A stretch of 55,986 bases of DNA, filler included, from Sphacelaria rigidula (GCA_964200075.2; 4 parts of 4 records of this genome joined end to end with filler, not necessarily neighbours in it); one strand, 5' to 3'; positions 24,561 through 37,052 are shown, numbered from the whole stretch's first letter. Notes: generated by a model from the letters alone, not told the origin. Numbers and translations are program-made.

Positions 24561-24818
24561 GAGTGATGCTGCGATAGGGTCTGCACTTTTGGGGCCAAAA
24601 CCGGCCTGATTCAGGGGTTCCTAAAATTAGGAACCATACAAGAATATGGGTCAGGATATCCCCGTTTGCAAATTTATTCGGGATGTCCCGAGAAAATTGG
24701 AAGAAAAATCCTGGCGTACTCTCACCTATTTCGAAAGTCGTGTTTTGGATGAGATAAAGGGTTCTTAACAATTCTACTCTCAGGCCGTGAAAGTGATGAC
24801 CCTATCGCAGCATCACTC
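24561..24818 (+). mobile_element. 258-bp TIR element with GAG...CTC termini and 4-bp TSD (Sola-like MITE)
   Basis: 21-bp perfect TIR GAGTGATGCTGCGATAGGGTC; GAGT on both sides (24557-24560, 24819-24822). Confidence 0.85.
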
Positions 24819-24822
24819 GAGT

Positions 24823-27800
24823 GTAAATCTGAGGTGTGGGAACACCAGGCGCCCGTCCCTGAGACAAAGGCTTCCCTCAGCGACCGCACGCGCAGGCAGA
24901 AGTGTATCTCACTCGACTTGTTTTAAGTGTCGCTGGTCTCAATTTGACCACTTCGGGCCTAGTAACACTCGCCCAGCTCGAAAGAGTTCGTTCTTCGCGT
25001 TCATTACACCACGCGAAACTACCCCTGATTGGTTCCAAGAAAACCGTGCCAATTTACAATCGGCGATGGCTCCTCAGTCAAGCTTGCCAACGGAAAGTAC
25101 ACAAGCTTCGCCCGAGCATGCCCCGATGCTGACCCTATCCACCCGACTGGACGCAGTTATGGTGCCCCAACAAGTTTTGGAAGTACTCCGACCATCGTCA
25201 CGACGAAAGAGGAAGCCCCGTAAGGGTGCCCCCAAGGAAGCACGCGCACCACCACGCACACCTCTTTCGAGCGGAAACCTCGACCTCAATCTCCCCAAAA
25301 TGCGACGACTTTGCGCTCGACGGCTTTATCAAGTATCACGGGAGAAACAACTTCCAACATTTCTGACGCCATTGCTTCTTCAATCGGCGGCCCCAACAAC
25401 GCACAATCTAGATTCACACTGGATGTTGATACCTGTCTACCCAAGACGATCATTTACGAAATCGCTAATGATCAGTCTAACCATGCCTAACGTGGGAATA
25501 ATATACCGTCCACCACCTTTTCTGGCAAAAACTCTGACCCACCGACGGATCGCCCACCGTCCGTTATTGCTGTCAGCCTCGCTGATCCTGACCAATTTAC
25601 TTTGCCGGAACATGGTCCGGATCTTGTCGGCGGTAAAGTGTCCGTGGATCCGACCGCTTTCACTACACGCGTCGCGATCCACTCTGGTCCAAACGCTACC
25701 ACGCCTACGAAATGCGTATCCCTGTTGGACAGCGGCAGCCCGCAAACGTTCGTTCGACAATTAACATCGGAACACATGAAACAGACTGGCGCTGCTACTG
25801 CAGCTTGCGAAACCACCACCCAACGTCGAGTATGGGGCGGTTTGGGTGATTCTGCCGCACCCATGACGACACGAAAATCCGTACGGCTCAGTGTGCAATT
25901 CTTTCACAACAGCACTCGTTCTGCCAGCCTGGCAGTCTGGGCATACATTGCCCCCGACAGCATAATGCACCGCGACATATTATTGGGCAGAGGTAGCTAT
26001 ATACGGTTCAATAAACGCACCTACCGCACGCTTCCACAAGTATCGCCATAATCCACGTATCGTGGAGAATTCAACCTTGAACACTTGGGAACACTCCACG
26101 GTGCTCTGGCCTACCAAAAGAAAACTCAAGCAACCGGAACTGCTTACCACCTACAATACAATGGTAGTGCTGGTATTACGCTCTCCGACGATTTTAAGCT
26201 TTTAGAAGTTGCACTAGTTCGCCGAAATGGCATGCCTGCACTTACGGGTCATTCTCTTGCCAAAATGTTACCCCGTATTCGCGCACCAGCCGATACAGAA
26301 CATTTTGTCTCGGCGGGACAACAACTCCTCTCTCTTGCGGGTCATGCTAATTTGGAACCCGGTGATATTTTAGGAGTCGCCGCCGCTCCCCTGATGCACA
26401 TCCCACTCGAGACGTGCGTAACAGAGCCTGCCGAGCCCGACGCACCATCTCCGACGGAGTCAGACCATTGTGTCGATTAACCTTTTTTCGACCTCGCCTC
26501 CGCGACTCCACCCCAGGTTCACACCGTGGATCCTGCCCAGTCAAATTCCGATCCTCCTGCTGAAGTACTGAAGTGCTTCAACGCTGATCACCAGATTCTC
26601 GGAATAGTTTCTTGCAAATGTGGAACCCACTGCCGCCACACATGCGTGATATCAATTTTGACTTTCATAGGCCCGGCTGGGAACCAGCAGCCATCCAAGA
26701 GCTCAGTGATGTCCTGCTACAGTACCACCAAGACCGATTTTCCCGATCCAAGACGGATCTTCGGCATTGCAAGACGCTGCCCTATGAGGTCACACTTCAA
26801 CCCGGGGTCTCGCCAATATCGTCGTGACCATACCGAATAAACCCAATCCTTACCAAAAAAGTGAAATCTAACTTAGATGCATATTTGGGAGCGGGATTGA
26901 TACAACATTCCTCCTCTCCTTGGGCCTTGTCACTTGTGGTCATCCCTCCAAAGGATGGAAACATGCGCAAAACCGTGAATGACCAACGGTTGAACCGCGT
27001 CACTGTTGATGGTAGACTTCCAATCCCTTGCATTGATGAAGTCTTCGACTCCTTAGGAGAAGAACAAATATTTCGCATCTTCGACCTCGCTTCTGGATTT
27101 TCCCAGAATGCTATCCACCTTGACACAGTTCCACTTACGACCCTTTGTACCTCGTCCGGGCTCTACGAGTGGCTTCGAATGCCACAAGGCGCTGCCACTG
27201 TCCCAGGATGCTTTCAACGCTTAATGCAACGCGTCCTCGAGGGTCTCGAGTACATCATCATGTACCTAGATGACGCTATCGCTTTCGATGTCTCACCTGT
27301 TGCACCCATCTGCCCTCTACGAGAATTTCTCTATCGCTTATGAACACACGACTTGAAACTGTCTCCATCCAAAGCTCGCCTTGGTGCGACTGACATGGAT
27401 TTCCTGGCACATTTCATTTCGCCAGCAGACCTACATTCGGATACAAACAAAGTTAAAGCGATGACTGACTTGCCGATGCCAACCAACATTTATTTCTCAA
27501 CTTCGCTCATTGTTGGGCGGACTATCCTACTACCGCACTTTTTTGCCCCCTTGCTGAGCTACTCAAGAAAGGAGCCGTGTTTACCTCCACCACCGATATG
27601 GAGAATATCACCCGCGAATTGCTGAGAACGCTCACCGAAAAGCCGGTACTCTGCTTCCCTGATTGGGAGGCAATACAAGATGGCTCTCGCCTTTTCCAAC
27701 TACACACTGACGCTAGCACAGACGGATTTGGAGGAGTATTGAATCAACCATAGGTTGACGGCTCCATTCAACCCATCCTCTACATCAGCCGCGCCACCCT

Positions 27801-27878
27801 GCCCAACAAGTCCAACTGGAGCCCGCTAGAACTGGAGAGCGGAGTAGTCACCTGGGCCATCAAGCGTCTTCGACAATA
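24823..27878 (+). mobile_element. Ty3/Gypsy retrotransposon relic (gag end, protease, RT, partial RNase H)
   Basis: Protease SLLDSGS...ILLGR; RT IQHSSSPWA...FDLASGFSQ...RMPQG...YLDD; RNase H FQLHTDASTDGFGGVL. Several stops and frameshifts; truncated before integrase. Confidence 0.93.
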
Positions 27879-28223
27879 AACAACAAATTGTGCGAATTGA
27901 GGTTTAACTTCGAGATGAGGCTCAAGCCTAAAACAGTGCTTCCCCNNNNNNNNNNNNNNNNNNNNNNNNNNNNNNNNNNNNNNNNNNNNTTAATTAATTA
28001 ANNNNNNNNNNNNNNNNNNNNNNNNNNNNNNNNNNNNNNNNNNNNCCTTGGACCTGCTTGGACTAACGACTACTTCCAGACCCGCCGCATTCGTCAACCT
28101 GCGTGCAGATCTGGGTTCCAATTTGTACAAAACTGCTTGTCGATAGGACTCGAGACTGATCGTTATGGGGCCAATTTCCTGACGAACGGGGATTGCGAAA
28201 AAGGGGATTATCCCCTTTGTTAA

Positions 28224-28322
28224 CCCTTAGACCGCGAGATTAGTCTTTCTGGATCATGCATACTTTTTTTTCACTAGAAATTGATGCCGATTCAACAGAA
28301 GACTAACCTCGCGGTCAAAGGG
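28224..28322. mobile_element. piggyBac-type MITE (family A, ~100 bp)
   Basis: TTAA-CCCTTAGACCGCGAG...CTCGCGGTCAAAGGG-TTAA. The uninterrupted host motif GGATTATCCCCTTCGTGAAGAAGGACCCTTA is seen at ~2010-2040. Confidence 0.9.
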
Positions 28323-28352
28323 TTAAGAAGGGCCCTTATGGTGAAAAAAAAA

Positions 28353-28422
28353 TGGTCGTCTCGGGATCCGAACCCGTGACCTGCGTGATTGGAGGCTCCT
28401 GCACCAGTTGGACCACCAGGGC
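28353..28422 (-). repeat. tRNA-derived (SINE-like) head
   Basis: Minus strand GCCCTGGTGGTCCAACTGG (A box)...GGTTCGGATCCCG (B box)...ACCA followed by a T run. The acceptor stem does not pair, so this is not a functional tRNA. Confidence 0.55.
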
Positions 28423-28825
28423 GGGGCGGCCTAACAAAAAAAAAGACATTCTGAGCGTAATTTCAGGAGTTTTGAGCCGAAATTTCACCACGATCCCCTC
28501 CGCGCAAGGAAGTACAACATTTCTGGGGATGCCGGGTTTTTTTCCCCACGGACGTATGATGACATGTTTCCAGTTTCTGCTGAAATTTTAAATCGTTCCA
28601 ACATTCTCTCCTTTTATCATTGTTCTTGGCATCCCGAGAAATGTTGCGCGTGTTGACAAAAATGTAGGGGCAAAATTTCAGCGTCCAACTTCTCAAATGG
28701 AGCATTGCGTCACCCGATTGCCGACAAGAAATACTACTATGATAGCTGGCAGAGCTCGTATGTGCTCGAAATCTCTCGAAATGGCTGTCCTTTTGTAGCA
28801 TAGAATCAACAGTGGTGTATACCTT

Positions 28826-28994
28826 CACACCCTGAACAATGTATGGTCAAAAGATCAACAGACGATAAGTGTACTGCACAAAGTATACGCCTATTGAAAC
28901 TGTTGTAGGCCGACAATAGCCGCAATGGGCCTAAACTTCATGCAGTACGTTTCTTGTCTATTGCAACTATTGACCATATATTGTCCAAGGTGTG
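28826..28994. mobile_element. CACAC-terminal hairpin MITE; related copies at 33414-33551, 34090-34235 and partial 32720-32825
   Basis: CACACCCTGAACAATGTATGGTCAA / TTGACCATATATTGTCCAAGGTGTG; shared core AAGTGTACTGC...CTATTG...CAATAG...GCAGTAC. Confidence 0.75.
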
Positions 28995-29729
28995 ATACCC
29001 TTGACCGCCGGGGTGGGGGTCACTTCTTCTCTCCAGTCTCGATGAAAAACCGTCCAAACCCTGTGACAGCGAGAGGTTGGTTCACTCGTGAATCGCTATC
29101 ATTTTCATTTCTTTCACCAAGTGAAAGTATTGGCCATTCATAAAATAAACTACCGCCCGTGAGGCGGCCCAAAGTTTTGATCGTAAATCTATGGCTGATT
29201 TTTTCGAGCAAACTAATAATAACGCCAACCCTAACCCTAACCCCAACCCAAGGCGTACGAGACCCTCGGGCGAGGGGGTGCATAGGATCTCCCTTAGGCA
29301 AAGTGTGCGTTGGCAGACCTGAAATCGACGCCGCAGGTGCCGATCTCGACAAAAACACGGTCCACCGCTCATCTGCCCCAAACCATAAAGTATCTCAGGA
29401 CTTTCTGAAGTCCAAAATCAATTATTATGGTCATGTTGTCAACCATAAATGTACGCCCAAAGCTTGAGGTGTACTGAGTCAAACGGTTAACCCTCTGAGC
29501 ATTTGGTCGTCAGGGTTGATCGTCTGGATCGCGTAGTGAATTTTCGTGTGAAAGTGATGCCGACCTGTTCAACAGATGAGCTACTACTGTGTGCGGTGGC
29601 CAAAAGCTCAACCCTTACCCTTGGACCGCCAGGGTAAAAGCCATCCGTTGAGTCGGCGCCAATTTTACTTCGAAAATTGTTGATCCAGATGAGGCCGTGT
29701 TTTCGGGCGTGCGTGTCTTGTTCGCACAT

Positions 29730-30285
29730 TACTTTTCGATCGAAAAAGTGCGGTGGAGAGCAAAACTCCCGATATGAGATCGTTATTTCAACCATCTTCA
29801 AAATTAACAACGATGGTTGTAACTACGACCTATCAGACCGGGATCTTTGCTTTCCACCGCACAATTTTGCCCAAACTGACGGGGGGGGCACAAGCACATA
29901 TTTTTGCGCACGAATTTTTGTTCAGCGGCCAATCTCGAAACCTCACAGCCAAGCGAATCTGAAGAGCAGACTAGGCTCCTTCCTGTGGGGTGATGCAAAG
30001 TGTCCGAGACGTGTGTTCGGCGGTTTTTCCTGTTCGGGTGTCAAAAGGTGGGTCAAACATCTCAAAAGTGAACAATCCGTGGGCCAAAAACCTGTGTGCC
30101 ATAACATCCGGCCTCATCATTATTAGCACATCAATTTTTCGATCGAAAAAGTGCGGTGGGAAAAAAAAATATACGATCTGATACGTCGTGATTTCAATCA
30201 TCTTCAAAATAAACCACGATAGCTGAAATCACGACTTATCAGGTCGGAATATTTTTTTTCCCACCCCAATTTTTTGATCGAAAAA
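29730..30285. repeat. Two palindromic ~140-150 bp units, ~405 bp apart
   Basis: TTTTCGATCGAAAAAGTGCGGTGG...CCACCGCAC at 29730-29870 and 30133-30285; a shortened relative lies at ~16710-16780. Confidence 0.7.
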
Positions 30286-32444
30286 TAATGAGCCAAGACA
30301 CGCTCCGCCCCGTCTTCTCGACGCAACGACAAAAAACAAGAGCACAATCTCAGAACGAAAACGATTCTGACGGTTCATGCGTTACATTCGTTCTCGTTCT
30401 TTTGATTGGTCAGAAGGGATGATGCTCCACCCTCGTCGCCACCGAAATCATGAAATCACTGTCACCAAATATGAATAATCTCGAAATTACTTTTTCCGTG
30501 TGAGAGCGGAGGAACATTCCGAAGACAAATGCGGAATCGAACATAAAATGGTTTGACCACGCGTGGGCTGTTCGACTCATGATCGCAGAAACGAGTAAGA
30601 CCACACACGCGAGGTGCGCGCGGGGAGAAAAAAAGAGAGAGAGAGACGCGCACGGCTATATATTCCCCAACACTTCACTGAGTGAGCAAGCATTGATCCA
30701 TCAGCCGGTAGTACGGGCAAAGATTCTCAACAAGGCGGCAATCATGCGCAACGTGCACAGGCATTCTAACACGATCGATACGCATACCATCTCTCGCACG
30801 AGGTCGCACCAAGAAATAAGTTATCTCGACCTAATGCTAATGCTGAAACAACTGCAAACGCTAGGCATACCCAGGATCCCTGAGGGAGGGGTGTGCGAGG
30901 CGTTCCCTAGGCGAAGTGTGGTGTTTGGTACACCTCAAGTCGACGCCGCGAGAAAACTGCCGTTTTTTCTTGTGTCCTTCTGCATTGTTTTACGCCCTAA
31001 AAGGAGGGCTATAATACCCCTAGGCGGACTTGATCGTTTGCCAAAGAAAATGCAAGTTCGACAAAAAGCAAATCTGCGGCCACCGGAAAAACACAAGGTG
31101 TCCTGGAAGCGATTCAACGACTGTAGGGAGTCACTCCAAGGTGTCGAGATCCGCCTAGCTGTCTTCAACCCTTAGACCGCGAGGGTATACCAGTCTATCT
31201 GGGTCATGCATATTTTTTTCCAGTGACATTCCACGGTTAGGACGAATCATCACGGGTTCGAATAACCAAATACACGATTTCTTCGGCCTGATTGCCTTAA
31301 CAGGGAGAAAAAAGTTGACCGCTGGTCCAAGGGGTATCCACGCAATTCTTGGTGCGCCATTCCACGTGTCTGGGCTGCGTGTACCTGGGTTGCAACGCTG
31401 AAAACAAAGCCTAGGGATTGATTCGTACGATTCGAATCAATTGCACTAAAACCCAGTGATTTCCAGACGAATTACTGATTTGTCCGACCCTTGAATTGAT
31501 GGCTATTCAACTGTCAAGGACTAAGCGCACAGCGACGCAGAAGGACCACAAAAGCAGAGTTCCGGGATATTTTTCTCGTCTACTATTTGGAGCGCCCTAA
31601 ACCTGAACCGTTACATCGTTGTTGTTTTCAATCCCATAGCATGTTGCTGTTGTTGTTGATGATGTTGATGTTTTCACAATAAAAATCGTTCCGGTGTCTG
31701 GGCAGTACATTCTTGCAATAGTCCTCTACTTTTCGTAGTACAACGTAGTACATTTTTTGTCTACTCCGGAGTATATTGTAACCATCAATGTTGACCATAC
31801 ATTGTCCAGGGAGGATATTTTAATATTTTGACGCGAGGTTTTGGGAATAATGGTCAACCCTCGACGGAGATCACAGAATGTGTATCCAATCTCAATCTCC
31901 GTTGACCGGCACAAGTGGCGTTCACTTGAAAATCAAATAGTAAAAACACATGCTGCGGTGCAATTCCTTTTCGATAATATGAAGGCGGTGTTGTGGAAGG
32001 TTGGGCGTTAAGATAAACCGCACCTCGCTTGTTGTTATGGCGCCGAAATTCCGAGCATGTGTAGATTGGTACTACCACAAGGTGCCACGGGTACAGCCGT
32101 AGCCGCGCAAGGCGCTAAGGGCCCGGTCTGCATTGAAACGGTAGATACCAAGGGTGACGGTACATTTTTTCTCTCAGCACCTCCTGTCTGATGACGATTA
32201 TACTGGGTATGGTATCGGTCGGACACGTAGGCTGCAACGGATCCTGTCGGCCTCATCATCAATCTCCGCCCAGTTAGGGATGAGCGCCCGCAGAAACCCA
32301 GCAAACAAGCATCGTTCAAGCTCCGTTATATTTCCGAGGGTCGGGGGCCGAAAGTTCCCGGTCCAAGTCGCTCGACAGGTTAGGTTGAAGCTTCCCTCGC
32401 CCGACCACTGCGTTCTGCCACGGACCCTTGCCGGTGTACCCGGC

Positions 32445-32620
32445 AGGGGGCAACGTCCCCGCACAGAGAGTAGCAATGCTAGCGTATCCAAGTTGCTGAC
32501 AGCCAGGCAGCCGGCAAGGTGGTTGAAGTGGTGTTGTTCTAGCGATATCAACTTATAGTGCACTGGGGGGGGGAGTTTGTACGTGAGTATTTTGGCAATT
32601 GTCCCACTTGCGTCTCGCTC
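32445..32620 (+). pseudogene. Second copy of the decayed Cys-motif relic
   Basis: RGQRPRTESSNAS...QPARWLKWCCSSDINL*CTGG, then after a frameshift in the G-run EFVREYFGNCPTC. Confidence 0.45.
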
Positions 32621-33576
32621 ACATCTTGCGGTTTCTTTTACGATCTCACCGCGTTGGATTATGTGTGGAAATGTACCACGCCCGGGGCAGAAGGTTTCTA
32701 CAGTCGGTACGCAGACAATGCGAAAAGTGTACTGCGCACAGTATGAAATATTTTTCCCTGCTGGAATTTGCGCAATACTCGTACTTGTAGTCGGTAGTCG
32801 ATAGCTGCACGCACTACACTTTGGTACCAATACGAGCGTCTGTGTTCATGCTGTGACGAACTGCATAAGACAGCGGGGGATCAATATAGCACAGGTGTAG
32901 GCTGAGGATGTGACGTTCTGCGGTGTGCTATGTCACTCGCACCCTGCCGCTGTGCAGTGAGCAGGTAGTACAGCCCAAGGCGTCACTGCTGCGGTTGGTA
33001 CGCAGTGTCGAACCAAGACGGCAAGCAGTATAATTCTATAAATGTGTTTCAAGACTGATGCGCATCCAGTGAGGCTCGCATCTAGAGAACCCTGCACCAG
33101 CTTCGCTGTGTTCTAGCGTATACATGAATATTTTCAGCAGCAATCTCTTGAAGTATGTGCTGTGATGGACCTCGTGCGTGATGCAGCCTTCTCCACCGTG
33201 GGGGGTGGCCCGTGCAGCCAGTTGTTGATGCTGACAGTGCCCATCTCCTTCCCACGGTGACCTTGTCTCTGAGCACAAGACAATTTGAAACTGCGGAGCA
33301 TGACTCTGTCTACTAGAACGTACACCTTTTCCGGACGAATGCCTCCATATTATCGAAAAAGAATAACACTGGCTGTGAAGTATCGAGCGCAGCTTGATCT
33401 TCTGGGAGCTTGCCACACCCTGGACGATAGAATACACGGTCAAAAAGTGTACTGCGTACAGTATCGACTATTGCGCCTATTGCAACAGACAATAGATTCC
33501 ATACTGTACGCAGTGCATTTTTTTACAATGGAATCGATTGTCCAGGGTGTCGAGCTTGCAGTTTCGCCGCCGCCGC

Positions 33577-33673
33577 GCTCCGGTGGTCTGTCTAACGCGT
33601 AACGGCACAACTACAGCCAGAAGGTCGGCAGATTTGGGTTCGATTCCCGACAGACGGATTTGTTTTGTTTTTT
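33577..33673 (+). repeat. tRNA-derived (SINE-like) head
   Basis: CCGGTGGTCTG A-box-like, GGTTCGATTCCC B box, followed by T runs. Confidence 0.5.
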
Positions 33674-33745
33674 TACGAAAAGTAGTTACCGTAGCTGATC
33701 TCGTATCCGTAGTTGCAAACTTGAGAACTCGAGAGCGAGGGTAAA

Positions 33746-34065
33746 TCATGCTACGATAGAGGGGGGTGGGGGGGGTGGGGGGGGGCGTTCTCATGTGTTG
33801 CTTGCCCTAGTCGTCTGACCATTGACCGGGGGNNNNNNNNNNGCTGGTGGCGGGGCGCGGGGGGGCGTGGGCGCGGGCGGCGTGGGGGCGTGGGGATTTG
33901 GGGTCATCTCTTCTACGAAACTTTGCTTCAAATCGTCGTTGAGAGCAGCGCCGGTTGTTCGAACGCGCTCGTTACCGATACATGACGCTCATCCATACTG
34001 CTTGACATCATTTTTACCCAGATACAAGCTGGCCGCGAGTGTGTTAGATCGTATGATAACCTGTG
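33746..34065. mobile_element. Second copy of the poly-G TIR element
   Basis: TCATGCTACGATAG followed by G tracts; 33900-34065 is the reverse complement of ~10385-10540. Confidence 0.65.
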
Positions 34066-34614
34066 AGCCTTTTTTTTGGTGGAATCAAACACACCCCGGA
34101 CACAGTTTATTACATCGTCGAGAAGTGTACCGCGTACAGAATCGACTATTGCGTCTGTTGCAATGGACAGTAGCTTACATGTGGTACGCAGTACACTTTT
34201 AAACTGTATAATCTTTTGTCATGATCCAGGGTGTGGAGTCAGACACCCCCCCTTCTACTGAAGCTATGCGGGAGTTGTTGTTGTTGTTGTTGTCTTCACA
34301 CTAGAAGCAATTCCGATGTGCTGTTGCTGTTCCAATTTGCACCACCACATTGCAAGGCGTGTATCGAAGGAGATCATGTGTTGATCCCCTCGACACTACC
34401 GACTCATCGGTGAGGAAGGGGATTGGTGGAAAGTGTGCACAAAAAAAGAAGACACAAACCAGCCACTAGGACAACAGACCGATCATACTGTCTCGTACAG
34501 ATGGTTGGTTGACTTGCATCAGATGCAACCATCGAATCATCAGGAGAAATGGGAATCGGGGTAATTGCATCCGCTCAGACAGCAACAGATGTGGCTGTGT
34601 CTTATCACCGGTAG

Positions 34615-35137
34615 TTAACCGATTAACCCTTAGACCGCGAAGTTAGTCTTCTGTTGAATCGGCATCGATTTCAAGTGAAACAAAGTATGCATGATCCAGA
34701 AAGACTAATCTCGCGGTCTAATGGTTAACCCTTGGACCGTGGTGCGGGTAGTCGGTCTGAATCACGCATACTTTTTTCAAAGTGAATATTGATGCCGATT
34801 CAGCAGGTGGCCTGTACTCCTGATCAAAGGGTTAACCGGCGTTGCGCTACAATATGTCCATGGTTGATATTACTTTATTTGAGTGAATACAGCGGGAATC
34901 GAGAGCAGAGTCCCGTGTGCTCCTCGCGTGTGCAGAACGTGTTTTTGTTTTCGGGTCTACCAACGCCACACTTTGCCTAAGAAACTCTATGCACCTACCT
35001 TGCCCGAGGGTAAGCACCTCCTTTGCCCGACGGTGCTCGGTATGCCTTGGGTTGGGGCTAGGGTGAGGGAGGGGTACAGGTAGCTATAGTTGTAAAATGT
35101 GTCCACCATGAACATACTGTAGCCCAACGCCGGTTAA
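34615..35137. mobile_element. Chain of three piggyBac-type MITEs sharing TTAA junctions
   Basis: TTAA-ccga-TTAA-[34627-34724]-TTAA-[34729-34831]-TTAA-[34836-35133, family B, TIR CCGGCGTTG(C/G)GCTACA]-TTAA. Confidence 0.88.
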
Positions 35138-35924
35138 GCCACCTTCTTCAGTCTTGCGCGAGAACAAAAAAATAACAAAATTGGAGCTCTTCTCAACCCC
35201 TCGTGCACTACTGCAACGCCCAACCCCAAATCAAGACGCCCGGGCTTGTTGGCTGCGGTCTATATGATATGTTACCGAAGTTTCAGCGCATAGCAGCGAC
35301 GACAGCGCGCGCACGACCGTGCCTCTTGCCCTGAGCATCTATACAACGTGCGATACTGGAATGAATTTTATACAGATTTGTCATTATCCAGAGGGTGTGC
35401 CACCACTGATCTATGTTCGCTTGCCAGTACTACTGTACCCTCCCAGGAGATCATGATACGGAAATGAGTGTGCACCACCATGTCCACATATGCTTTCACT
35501 CACGGTATAAGGAATCTGAGCTGCGAGATGGCCATTTTGAAGGGCCTATCGACGGTATATCGGTATTCGCTTACTTTTATTTGCTCGTTGTCCGAAGGGG
35601 GCTGGAACGTGGTGCACATAGTGCTTGTGTTTGTTGTGTCGAACTATTATGATAGTGCACCAAGATCCATAATGGTGCCTTTGCCCACGGTCGAGATATG
35701 CACAAGAAAAGTTTCCGTACAAGAGTGAAAGTGCAGTGATTATTGTATCAACAGGGCCAAGTGCGGGCTGCCACAAAAACAGGGTGGGCATGCCGGCATA
35801 TTTTTTGTTTTTTTATTTCATTTTCGCGCAAGACTGCCTCATCTCAGAACGAAAAAGAAGAAGCGCAGAACGAAACAACCGTGCACAAAGCGGGACGAAT
35901 CGATTCGTCGCCGCAACCATTCAA

Positions 35925-36138
35925 CCCTTGGACGGCGAGAGTAGGCCCATGTCTTGAATCGGCGTCAATTTCACTTGAAAAAAAACTATGCATGGTCCAG
36001 ATGGACTACCCTCGCTGTCGGAGGGATATATACCCTTTGACGGCCAGCATGGGACATCCGTTCGATCGTCATCAATTTTACTCGAAAGGCTCATGCACGA
36101 CCCAGGTCATCAGATGGGCTACCCTCGTGGTCAAAGGG
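35925..36138. mobile_element. Two adjacent older family-A-like MITEs
   Basis: CCCTTGGACGGCGAG...GAGGG (35925-36025) and CCCTTTGACGG...GGTCAAAGGG (36033-36138); flanks TCAA / TTCA. Confidence 0.7.
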
Positions 36139-36667
36139 TTCAGACCCGGACAGCGATCGATCACCATGTAGCTGCTTTTGGAGGGTCGTTTAGTTTCTCG
36201 CTTTTTTTTTCGTCTCCACAATATCCGACCTCTCAACCCATTTACAATACCGGACGAGAGATCCAGACAGCAGCTGCCAGTACGTAGCGACGAAGAAGAG
36301 AGCACGCACAGCAAAAAATGATATGCACAGTGTATGTGTACGGGTGTAACGGGCAGAACTGCTCTTGGCAAAAAGATAGCCGACTGCCGACTCATTACCA
36401 TGCTTTCGCATGTGGTTGATGGACGGAAAAGCGGGTGAATGTAGCAGTGTACCCTACAGGGCACCGGTCACCAGCATGTAGGCAGGCATATTTGTTTCGT
36501 CTCCTGCTCCTGTCTCGAGTATCCTTGAGCGGGTTTTCCCGCTTTGTGTTGTACCTCGAGCATGTCTACTGTCGTATCTCGTGACCAACCACAGCTGGAT
36601 TCCTGAGGGGTTGATCAGAAAATATACGACAATCAACCGATCCATCGATCGGGGGCAGTAGAGTTCA

Positions 36668-37052
36668 CCCTTACACCGCGTTGCGGGTAGTCCATCTGGA
36701 TCACGCACACTTTTTTCAAGTGAAATTGATGCCGATTCAACAGGTGTCCTACCCTCGCCGTCCAAGGGTTGACCGCAGTTGGGCTACAATCTGGTACGAC
36801 TTGATTTTAGTCTATACCACGAGAATCGGATCTTTAGGGGGCTGACAGTCCCGTGTGCTCCTACCATATGCAGAACGCATTTTCGTCCAGGCGCCGATTT
36901 GAGTCCTATCAAAGGACACTTTGCCGACCTAGCGAATCCCATGCACCTTCCTCGCCCGAGGCTTCTAGGTATGCCTTGGGTTAGGGTCAGGGTCAGGGTT
37001 AGCAAGAGCTGTAAAATATGTCAGCCATCGATAGAGTGTAGCCCAACTGCAC
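36668..37052. mobile_element. Family A MITE followed by family B MITE
   Basis: TTCA-[36668-36768]-TTGA-[36773-37052, GCAGTTGGGCTACA / TGTAGCCCAACTGC]. Confidence 0.78.

Noticed and set aside
24244..24818. Tandem repeats upstream of Gypsy read as LTRs (internal TG...CA)
   Set aside because: The inverted repeat extends to GAG...CTC, and 4-bp direct repeats flank those outer ends in two independent copies. A TG...CA boundary gives no TSD and no PBS follows.
24557..24822. Perfect Introner-type intron
   Set aside because: The plausible GT-AG pairs do not remove the element plus one TSD exactly; 10 to 37 nt would remain.
28353..28422. Functional tRNA gene
   Set aside because: A and B boxes are present but the acceptor and anticodon stems do not pair; treated as a tRNA-derived repeat.
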